Positions 9,755-17,456 of a stretch of 64,000 nt of DNA are shown piece by piece (positions within the stretch are counted from its first letter, which is position 1; every line of letters starts with the position of its first letter). The notes beneath the pieces were generated by a model that was not told where the DNA came from, ran no database searches, and saw only the letters and a program-made list of their open reading frames with translations. The position numbers were made by a program, and so were the translations under genes. This DNA comes from Planctomycetota bacterium (GTDB lineage Bacteria; Planctomycetota; Phycisphaerae; Phycisphaerales; SM1A02): the NCBI GenBank assembly GCA_016872835.1, contig VGYX01000007.1, positions 9,184 to 73,183 on the forward strand. The letters are read 5' to 3'.

Positions 9755-9991
9755 GTGGCACAAAATGCCCGCATGACGGCCGAGGTCATGGATCGACCCG
9801 CGCAACTCGCGAACCTCGAGAGAGTCGCTTGCGCGCTGCCACACCTCGACCGACTGGTGCTCCAGTTGCGCTGGGCGGATGGACTGACTCGCGGAGAGAC
9901 CGCACTGGTGCTCGATGTGGAGGCCGCCAGCGTGCTGGCCGCCGAGATGCGCCTACGCAGGTGGTCTGCAGCTGCGGTGCCGATCAGTTGA
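9755..9991 (+). CDS. Small protein made only of a sigma-70 region 4 / ECF-type HTH-like segment
   Basis: 78 aa (alternative ATG at 9773). LPHLDRLVLQLRWADGLTRGETALVLDVEAASVLAAEMRLRR follows the region 4.2 pattern LP...R.V..LR...GL...E.A..L......V......R. GC3 is high and consistent with coding. No region 2 is present. Confidence 0.4.
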   Translation: MAQNARMTAEVMDRPAQLANLERVACALPHLDRLVLQLRWADGLTRGETALVLDVEAASVLAAEMRLRRWSAAAVPIS

Positions 9992-11018
9992 AGTCGAGCA
10001 AGATGAGGGCCACGTCGCCGAAATCGACGAAGCCCGAGCCATCGATGTCAGCAGAGCATGCATTGCACGGGCCGAATTCCAGCAGCACGAGCGAGACGTC
10101 CCCGAAGTCCACTCGCCCATCGCAGTCAAGATCAGTCGCCCTGCACGGACTCGCCGTCTCCACCACGATGCGAAGACGCGACGCCTGTGCCAAGCCGAGC
10201 GTGACCAAGCCGTTCTCCTTCGAATAGAACGACGGGAAGGCTCCGCCCTGCTGCTGCACAAGCGTCAGAGAGCTAACTGACAAGAACAGGCGTCCCACAT
10301 CGAGCCCCTGCGCGAGATACCGTTGGATCCCAGGATCCGCGACGTTCAGCGTGAACTTCATGATGGCGTTCGCGGGCACCAGCGCGCCTACCGCAAGTCC
10401 CTCCACATCGCCGATGGCGAAGGGCTGAGCCTGAAATCCCTGTCGGGGATTGTTCGAGATGTCTGTGGCCACACCTTCCGCGTTCACCTGCGCCGCGAAG
10501 GCGTTGCGCACACCCGGACTCAGCGGACTCAGACCCGCGTTCGCGAAGACGGAATTCTCGAGAAAGTTGCCCGAGTTCCATCCACCGCGGAACCCTACGC
10601 CGAACAGCTCAATTGGCTGTCCGGGGTCGGTGTCCACCGTCAATCGTGGATCCGTCGATGGAAGGAAGTTAGTCCATGGATCACTGGTCGTGTCCAGCCG
10701 GAAGACGAGATCGTTCGCAACCTGCACCGTGACCTCGGCACTGGTGATCACGTAGCCTGAAGCGCCTGCACCAACGGGGATCTGCGGGCCCGTGTCGAAT
10801 GCAAGCAGTACCTGTCCGTCGCGTGCATCGAATTGGGTCTGCACTTGACGGTCACTTCCGAACACACTGAACGTGCTGCGGGTTCCCGGCGTGGCATTGA
10901 ACGGGTACATCCAGCGATCCAATGCTGGGCGTGCGAGCAGAACATCAAAGGTGTTTGCGCCGGAGGGCCGAACGACAATAGTCGCGAGGAGCACGATCAG
11001 AGGGAAAAGGTGTCTCAT
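9984..11018 (-). CDS. Secreted protein of unknown function with a C-terminal double EF-hand/dockerin-like tail
   Basis: Trimmed to MRHLFPLIVLLATIVVRPSGA (signal-like), 344 aa. The tail is DLDCDGRVDFGDVSLVLLEFGPCNACSADIDGSGFVDFGDVALILLDFN. Confidence 0.7.
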   Translation of the reverse strand: MRHLFPLIVLLATIVVRPSGANTFDVLLARPALDRWMYPFNATPGTRSTFSVFGSDRQVQTQFDARDGQVLLAFDTGPQIPVGAGASGYVITSAEVTVQVANDLVFRLDTTSDPWTNFLPSTDPRLTVDTDPGQPIELFGVGFRGGWNSGNFLENSVFANAGLSPLSPGVRNAFAAQVNAEGVATDISNNPRQGFQAQPFAIGDVEGLAVGALVPANAIMKFTLNVADPGIQRYLAQGLDVGRLFLSVSSLTLVQQQGGAFPSFYSKENGLVTLGLAQASRLRIVVETASPCRATDLDCDGRVDFGDVSLVLLEFGPCNACSADIDGSGFVDFGDVALILLDFN

Positions 11019-11041
11019 GGGTGGAAAGGGACGGTATACTG

Positions 11042-11938
11042 ATGGACTTGCCGGGTCCACGCCGAAGCAACTTTTTCCTGCCCGCAAAAGGCTTCACGCT
11101 CGTCGAACTGCTGGTGGTCATCGCCATCGTCGGCCTGCTTGCCGCGCTGGCAGTGCCAGCCATCTCGAAGGTTCGAAATCGGGCCGCCGCGGTGAGCGAA
11201 CTCGCTGCCCTGCGCGGCGTGGTGATGGGCTGGACCCAGTACGCCGCGTCACAAAAGGGCTCGCTGATTCCCTGCTTTTATGGGCTGCCCCCCCTCGAAC
11301 CCCTGCCCGCCTTCTACGAGGATGGGCTTGCCATTCCCCTGACCGTGTACGGGAACCAGCGCTCCGTCGTGGCACGATGGCCATGGCGGCTCGCGCCCTA
11401 CCTCGATCATGATGCGCGCCCGCTGCAGCCCGGCAACGAGAACTGGCAGGTGAACGAATGCAGCGCGGGCGATCCCATGAAGGCGCTCTATTTCGGCAGC
11501 CTCTATCCCGGCTTCGGCATGAACGGCATGTGGGTTGGTGGCGACCAGGAGCGATACGGCTTCATGCCGTCGGAGATCGGAGGTCGCCCGAATCCGTTCC
11601 ACAAACTGCATGTCTCACGACTCTCAGGCATCCGACATCCGGAACGTCTCACGGTGTTCGCAAGCGCCCGCACAAATCAGGATGCGTGCGCGACCGGCCA
11701 AGTCCGTGAGGGCTATTTCAGGCTCGAAAGCCCGCAGTGGCTTGGCCCGCAGTGGCAGGCGCGCTACGACCCTGAGCTTGCCAGCAGCTGCGGCAACGTG
11801 AGCGCCCGATGGGATGGGCAAGCCTCGGTCGCGACGGCCAACGGCGGCGTGGAACTCGTGCCGATCGAGGAACTGCGCGACATGCGTCGCTGGGCCGATC
11901 AGGCGGACAAGGCCGACTGGCGCTTCAGCCCCCGCTAG
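11042..11938 (+). CDS. Prepilin-type N-terminal cleavage/methylation domain protein (type II pseudopilin-like, DUF1559-like)
   Basis: GFTLVELLVVIAIVGLLAALAVPA is the class III signal/methylation motif. AAGGGA lies about 10 nt upstream of ATG 11042. The ORF track starts at GTG 11021. Confidence 0.75.
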   Translation: MDLPGPRRSNFFLPAKGFTLVELLVVIAIVGLLAALAVPAISKVRNRAAAVSELAALRGVVMGWTQYAASQKGSLIPCFYGLPPLEPLPAFYEDGLAIPLTVYGNQRSVVARWPWRLAPYLDHDARPLQPGNENWQVNECSAGDPMKALYFGSLYPGFGMNGMWVGGDQERYGFMPSEIGGRPNPFHKLHVSRLSGIRHPERLTVFASARTNQDACATGQVREGYFRLESPQWLGPQWQARYDPELASSCGNVSARWDGQASVATANGGVELVPIEELRDMRRWADQADKADWRFSPR

Positions 11939-13952
11939 GCGGCGGCACAGTCGGCGGCGGCGCGACGGGCTGAGCGCCCGCGTTCGGTGCCGGCGTCGGC
12001 GTAGTGGTGCGACCCGTTGGAAGCGTGGAGGGCGACTTCGGCTGGGAGATCGTGGGTGGCGGTACGGGCTTCACGCCCAGATCGGGCGCCGGCGGCGCGC
12101 GCTGCGGTCCCAACTGACGCTCCGAGGGCTTGGTGCCCAAGCCCTGCGAGGGCAACACGCCCTGCGCCGTCACGGGCATCTCAAGCGCCTTCAGTTCCTC
12201 CTCCGACAGCGGCTTCACATCGGAGGGATCGGGCTGGTTTCCCTCCACGCCACTCTCGTTGAAGCCCCACGCGCCCATGCCCTGCACGGCCTCGCGCGCG
12301 CTCGGGATCGGCAGCACTTCACTCCAATCGATTCGCGCCTGTCCCAACTGCGTGCCGGTCGCGAACGCGAGGTCCACCAGCGAGATCTGCCAGGTGGCAA
12401 GAGCGCGAACCTCGCGGCTCTGCGCGTCGCCCAACCGCGCGGCCGCATCGAGCACGTCGATGCTGGTTCGAAGGCCCACGTCGAACTGTCGCTTCTCGGC
12501 CTCATATGTTCGCCCAGCCAGCGCGGTCTCCAGACGCGCCGCCAAGATGCGCCGCCATGAGTTCTCCAGATTGTCCATCGCGTTCAGCACTTCCTGCCGG
12601 ATCGACAAGCGGCGCTGGTCGCGTGTGGCGAGCCGCTGCAGCCGCGTCAGGATCGCCCCCTGGACACGGTTCTTGGCAGCCTCGTTCCCCAAGGGAATGC
12701 GCGCGTTCGCGGTGAGCGAATATTGATCGGCGTCACCGATGGAGTCCCACGACTGGACGAAACTGGTGCCGTATCCGAAGTACTGGTAGGTGTAGTCCAC
12801 CGTGAAGAGGGGCAGCGCCTGATTGCGCGCCAGGTCGATGTTGTTGGCGTCGATCGAGAGCTGCAGCTCGAGTTCGAGCATCTCCATGCGGTTGTCGATC
12901 GCCTTGGTGCTCATCCGCTCGGGATCGAACTGCAGCGATATGGGGCTCGGCAGCGTCTTGGTGGCCACGTACGTCGTGCCGTCAAGCGGGAGTTCCGGAT
13001 CGTTCATGATCCGCTTCAGATCACGCTGTCGCAGCCGCACCACGTTGTCGGCAAGAATGATCGCCTCCAGTCGGCTGCCCACGCCACTTTCGGCGCGGAT
13101 GATCTCCACCTCGGCCGTCTGACCAGCCTTCACGAGTCGCCGGGCCAGCTCCAGCTGCACCACGGCAAGCTCGTACTGCTGCAGCCGGACCTCCAACTCG
13201 CGCGTGGCGGAGTACAGGTTCCAATAGGCCCTGTCCACGTTCGCCAGCACACGAATCGCCTCCAACTTCGTGCGTGCATCCGCGATCTGGCTGTTCAACT
13301 TCGCGACACGGATGCTTGCCGTATTCGCCTCGATGCCCGCGCCACGCAAGAGCGGCTGAGCGATCGAGAACTGCAGGCCACTCTGATTGTCCTGGGAGGC
13401 CGGAATCAGTCCGGCGAGGTCCTGTTCCGCCAGGATCGACTGGGCGGACAGATCCACGGTTCCGCCGGTCGCCAACGGTACGGTAAGACCTGTGCCAAAC
13501 GTGTCCCGTGCCAACCCCTCGCCGCCCAGCACGCTCGAGACCAGATTCTGATCGTTGCGGTTGTAGTTGGAGAAGATGCTGGTCTCGAACTTCGCCATCT
13601 CCACCCCGACCGCCGACTCGGCGAGTGAGGGATTGAACAGCTGCACGCGCAGATCCAGGTTCCGTTCGAGCGCCAGCAGGCGGCAAGCGGCCAGCGTCAT
13701 CTCGCGCATCGGCGGCGGCTTCTGCCCGGGCAGTCGGTCGGCAGCAAGATCCTTCGATGCCTCCGCCAATGTTCGGGCAGGAATCGAACTTTCCCGAACA
13801 GGATCGAAGGTGCCCACCTCGCGTAGACGCTCGGGCGACGCGGTGTGTGGCGTCATCGAGTCACTGAAGAGCTCGTTCTGGCAGCCGAGCGCAGCCGACA
13901 GGACCAGCGCGACCGCCACCCGCACGATCCGAATCGTGCCATGCTCACTCAT
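11925..13952 (-). CDS. TolC/NodT-family outer membrane efflux protein with a Pro-rich C-terminal extension of about 135 aa
   Basis: Trimmed to MSEHGTIRIVRVAVALVLSAALGCQ (lipoprotein-like signal), 675 aa. It has the duplicated coiled-coil/beta-barrel OMF pattern and a tail rich in P/T/S (..PAPDLGVKPVPPPTISQPKSPSTLPTGRTTTPTPAP..PPPTVPPPSGG). It overlaps the upstream permease gene by 8 nt. Confidence 0.72.
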   Translation of the reverse strand: MSEHGTIRIVRVAVALVLSAALGCQNELFSDSMTPHTASPERLREVGTFDPVRESSIPARTLAEASKDLAADRLPGQKPPPMREMTLAACRLLALERNLDLRVQLFNPSLAESAVGVEMAKFETSIFSNYNRNDQNLVSSVLGGEGLARDTFGTGLTVPLATGGTVDLSAQSILAEQDLAGLIPASQDNQSGLQFSIAQPLLRGAGIEANTASIRVAKLNSQIADARTKLEAIRVLANVDRAYWNLYSATRELEVRLQQYELAVVQLELARRLVKAGQTAEVEIIRAESGVGSRLEAIILADNVVRLRQRDLKRIMNDPELPLDGTTYVATKTLPSPISLQFDPERMSTKAIDNRMEMLELELQLSIDANNIDLARNQALPLFTVDYTYQYFGYGTSFVQSWDSIGDADQYSLTANARIPLGNEAAKNRVQGAILTRLQRLATRDQRRLSIRQEVLNAMDNLENSWRRILAARLETALAGRTYEAEKRQFDVGLRTSIDVLDAAARLGDAQSREVRALATWQISLVDLAFATGTQLGQARIDWSEVLPIPSAREAVQGMGAWGFNESGVEGNQPDPSDVKPLSEEELKALEMPVTAQGVLPSQGLGTKPSERQLGPQRAPPAPDLGVKPVPPPTISQPKSPSTLPTGRTTTPTPAPNAGAQPVAPPPTVPPPSGG

Positions 13953-15186
13953 GCCGCAGCGCCTCGATCGGATCCAGTCTGGAGGCCTTGATGGCCGGGA
14001 ACATGCCGAACACCACGCCCACTCCCGCGCTGAACACGAACGCGAGCGCCACGGCCCACGCGGGCACGCTCGCGTTCTCAAGCTTCGCGCCCGGGATCTG
14101 GCTGACCGCGAACGCGAAGCCCTGCCCGATCAGCACGCCCACCAGACCGCCCACCAGACACAGGGTGACCGCCTCCAGCAGGAACTGCAGCAGGATCGCG
14201 GTCGGCGTGGCGCCCACGGCCTTGCGAAGGCCGATCTCGCGCGTGCGCTCGCTCACGCTCACCAGCATGATGTTCATGATGCCGATGCCGCCGACCAGCA
14301 GGCTGATGCCCACGATGCCACCCGCCACCGCGGTGATGCCGCTCGCGATGCTCTTGAACTGGTCGATGAACTGGTCGATGGCCTGCACGCGGAAGGTGTC
14401 GGGATCGCCTGGCGTCAGGCCGCGCACCTTGCGCAGCACGCGCGTGATCTCGGCGCGCGCGTCGTCGGCCTCGGCGGGCGAGTTCGCCAGCGCCACGAAG
14501 CGCATGAAGAAGTCGCGGTCCATGAACTTCTCCATCAGCGGATGCGGAATGAAGAGCTCCGCGCTGATGGTGTTGAAGCCCGTCATGCGCTCGGTGATCG
14601 TCTCCACCACGCCCACGATCAGGAACCGCCGTCCGCCGATGATCAGGTGCGTGCCCACCGGATCGGCCGGCAGCTGCAGGTCGCGCACCGCCAGGTCGTT
14701 CACCAGGCAGACCTGGCGCGCATTGTCGATGTCGAGCTGGCTGAAGGGCCGCCCCATGATCACCTGACGGTTCTCGGTGGCGTGCCACGCGGGCCAGATG
14801 CCGCTCACGCTCACACCCTCCAACGTCTCCGCCTCGCTCTGCACGCTCAGGCTGGTCTCGCTGATCGGCGTCAGCCCCTTCAGCGAGGTGCATTGATCGC
14901 GAAGCGCGAACGCCTCGGGTGCCTTCAGCCGGATCTTCTCCCACGGAAAGAGGTTCCTCGGCACGCCCTCGGGGCGGCTCGGCCACACGTACAGGCGCGC
15001 GGCGCCGAAGGTCTCGAACTCGGCCAGGACCTTCGTCTTCAGGCCGGTCAACGCCGCGATCACGGCGGTGGTGCTTGCCACGCCCACGATGATGCCAAGC
15101 GCCGTCAGGATGCTGCGAAGCTTGTTGGCCCAGATCTGCCGCAGGGCCAGCACCACGTTCTCGTAGTAGAAGAGTGGATTCAGCAT
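13945..15186 (-). CDS. ABC transporter permease, MacB/FtsX type with a large periplasmic domain
   Basis: 413 aa. An N-terminal TM helix is followed by a periplasmic domain of about 230 aa and then three C-terminal TM helices containing REIGLRKAVGAT, a typical FtsX-family motif. Confidence 0.85.
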   Translation of the reverse strand: MLNPLFYYENVVLALRQIWANKLRSILTALGIIVGVASTTAVIAALTGLKTKVLAEFETFGAARLYVWPSRPEGVPRNLFPWEKIRLKAPEAFALRDQCTSLKGLTPISETSLSVQSEAETLEGVSVSGIWPAWHATENRQVIMGRPFSQLDIDNARQVCLVNDLAVRDLQLPADPVGTHLIIGGRRFLIVGVVETITERMTGFNTISAELFIPHPLMEKFMDRDFFMRFVALANSPAEADDARAEITRVLRKVRGLTPGDPDTFRVQAIDQFIDQFKSIASGITAVAGGIVGISLLVGGIGIMNIMLVSVSERTREIGLRKAVGATPTAILLQFLLEAVTLCLVGGLVGVLIGQGFAFAVSQIPGAKLENASVPAWAVALAFVFSAGVGVVFGMFPAIKASRLDPIEALRHE

Positions 15187-15187
15187 C

Positions 15188-15940
15188 TCAGGCCGCGCTC
15201 CGGATCGCGGGCACCAGCGGACCGACGGCAGGATCCTGCTCGGCCGGCAGGTCGCTCAGCACCAGTCCGTCACGCAGCCGCACCACGCGCTGGCAGTGCG
15301 CCGCCACGTCGTTCTCGTGCGTCACCATCAGCACCGTCTGTCCATCCTGGTGGATCTGCTCGAAAAGCTTCAGGATCTCCTCGGTGGTCACAGTGTCGAG
15401 GTTGCCAGTCGGCTCGTCGGCCATCAGGATGCGCGGCTTCGCGATCAGCGCGCGCGCGATCGCCACGCGCTGCTTCTGGCCGCCGCTCAGCTGGTTCGGC
15501 CGGTGATCCATGCGCTGGCCCAGGCCCACCCGCTGCAGCGCCTCCTCGGCCAGCTTGCGTCGCTCGCGCGCCCAGCCCCATCCCTTTCCACGCGCGTACA
15601 GCAGCGGCAATTCCACGTTCTCGAGCGCCGTCAGACGCGGCAGCAGTTCGAAGCTCTGGAAGACGAAGCCGATCTGCTCGTTGCGGATCTGCGACAGTTC
15701 CGCCGCATCCAGCCCGCTCACCTCGCGTCCACTCAGGTGGTACGTGCCGGCCGTGGGACGATCCAGACAACCCAGCGTGTTCATCAGCGTGCTCTTGCCG
15801 CTGCCCGAACTCCCCATGATGGCAACCATCTCGCCCGCATGCACCGTCAGGTCCACGCCGCGAAGGGCGTGCACGATCTCCACGCCCACTTGGTAGACCT
15901 TCGTCACCCCCCGAACCTCGATGATCGGCTGCTGGGTCAT
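15188..15940 (-). CDS. ABC transporter ATP-binding protein (MacB/LolD-type)
   Basis: Trimmed to MTQQPIIEVRGVTKVY (250 aa). Walker A is GSSGSGKST, the signature is LSGGQKQR, Walker B is ILMADEPT, and the H-loop is VTHE. Confidence 0.92.
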   Translation of the reverse strand: MTQQPIIEVRGVTKVYQVGVEIVHALRGVDLTVHAGEMVAIMGSSGSGKSTLMNTLGCLDRPTAGTYHLSGREVSGLDAAELSQIRNEQIGFVFQSFELLPRLTALENVELPLLYARGKGWGWARERRKLAEEALQRVGLGQRMDHRPNQLSGGQKQRVAIARALIAKPRILMADEPTGNLDTVTTEEILKLFEQIHQDGQTVLMVTHENDVAAHCQRVVRLRDGLVLSDLPAEQDPAVGPLVPAIRSAA

Positions 15941-15947
15941 GTCGGAC

Positions 15948-17282
15948 TCAACGCATGCCCCTGCGTCCGCCTCCCATGGGCGGACCCATGCCGCCACCCT
16001 GCCCTCGTGCTTCCTCGGCGGCGGCCCAGCGGCTCGCGTCCTTCGAGGGATCCTCCTTCTCGACCGCTTCACCGTCCTTGAGCTTCTCCAGGGATCGATA
16101 CGGACCGGTGATGATGGTGTCACCCGCGGTCAGGCCTTCCTTGATGAGCGTGTCCGTCAGGTTGCTCGGGCCGGTCAACACCGGCGTCACGACGGCCTTG
16201 CCGTCGACCACCCGGAACACCACGGTGGTCACGCGGCGATTCTTCTGCACCAGCGGACTCGACTGCACCGATTCGGGCAGGTCGTTCACCGGACGCTCCA
16301 CCACGGCCTGACTGGGCACTATCAGCCCCTCCTGCCTCGCGATGTCGATGTCCACGTTCCCGGTGAGTCCGCTGAAGATCTGCCGACCCTTCAGGTCCAG
16401 GTTCACGAGCACCTTGAAGCTTCCGGTGCCGTCCTTCTCCACGGTGCGCTGCAGCGCGATCTCGCTCACCTTGCCGTCGAAGGGATCATCCTTGTAGGCA
16501 TTCACGTAGATCTTGGCGTCCTGACCCACGGCCACGCGCGCGATGTCGGTCTCCGCCACCTTCGCGTTCAGGTGCATCGCGCCCAGATCGGCCACGGTCA
16601 TGATCAGCGTGCCCGGACTGTTCATGATTCCCACCACCGCCAGCTCGCCCACCTCCGCCTTCAGGTACGTCACCAGGCCGTCGATGGGGCTCACGATCAC
16701 CGTTCGACGCACCGCCTCGCGCGACTGTTCGATCGTGGCCTCACTGGCCGCAAGCGACCTCTCCAACTGCGCGATCGTCTTCTCCGCGGCCTGTACCTGA
16801 CTCTCGATGTCGCGCGCACGCGCGATCGCGTCGTCGAGCTGCTGTCGGCTCACGTCACCCGTGTCGTGCAGGGCTTGCGTGCGCGCCAGGATCGCCCGCA
16901 CGTTCTCCTGATTCTGCTTTGCGCCCTGGATGCGGCTGCGCTCCGCCTCCAGACGGAAGCGGTCGCCGTCACGCCGCGCCTCGGCACCCGCGAGCGCGGC
17001 CTGCAGATCGCGGCCATCCATGCGAACCAGCACGTCGCCCTTCTTCACGCGCGCACCCTCGCGCGCCGGCAGCTCCATGATGCGGGCACTCACCTCAGCG
17101 CTCACGTCCACCTTGCTCTTGGGCTCCACCACGCCCGGGGCCGACACGCTCTCGACCAGCACGCCGTTCTTCACCTCGGTCATGCGGACTTCGGTGGCGC
17201 CCGTGCCGTCGGAGCTCATCATGAAGGCCACAGCGCCCCCAATCAGGCACAGCACGACGGCGATGATGAGATAGGTGCGCAT
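15948..17282 (-). CDS. Efflux periplasmic adaptor (HlyD/MacA family membrane fusion protein)
   Basis: N-terminal TM MRTYLIIAVVLCLIGG, then a long coiled-coil hairpin (..QAALAGAEARRD...IAQLERSLAASEATIEQS..), then beta-barrel and lipoyl-like regions. The ORF-track start at 17303 is TTG; ATG 17282 is preferred. Confidence 0.8.
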   Translation of the reverse strand: MRTYLIIAVVLCLIGGAVAFMMSSDGTGATEVRMTEVKNGVLVESVSAPGVVEPKSKVDVSAEVSARIMELPAREGARVKKGDVLVRMDGRDLQAALAGAEARRDGDRFRLEAERSRIQGAKQNQENVRAILARTQALHDTGDVSRQQLDDAIARARDIESQVQAAEKTIAQLERSLAASEATIEQSREAVRRTVIVSPIDGLVTYLKAEVGELAVVGIMNSPGTLIMTVADLGAMHLNAKVAETDIARVAVGQDAKIYVNAYKDDPFDGKVSEIALQRTVEKDGTGSFKVLVNLDLKGRQIFSGLTGNVDIDIARQEGLIVPSQAVVERPVNDLPESVQSSPLVQKNRRVTTVVFRVVDGKAVVTPVLTGPSNLTDTLIKEGLTAGDTIITGPYRSLEKLKDGEAVEKEDPSKDASRWAAAEEARGQGGGMGPPMGGGRRGMR

Positions 17283-17380
17283 GGGATCCCTGTTTAAGTC
17301 CAATAACTTGTCAGTACCCCCGTCGGAGGAGGCTACCTGTTTCGCCCAACCCGTGTGCTGGTTGCAGCCGAAGGGGGTGC

Positions 17381-17416
17381 AGGGAAAGGAAAAGCCCGCA
17401 GGGAGCGCCTGCGGGG
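17381..17416 (-). terminator. Rho-independent terminator downstream of paralogue 1
   Basis: On the minus strand, CCCGCAGG-cgcuc-CCUGCGGG (8-bp GC stem) is followed by CUUUUCCUUUCCC. It sits about 40 nt after the stop at 17457. Confidence 0.7.
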
Positions 17417-17456
17417 GCTTGATGGGCTGTTCAGGGGCCCTGTCGCCGGCGCGACC

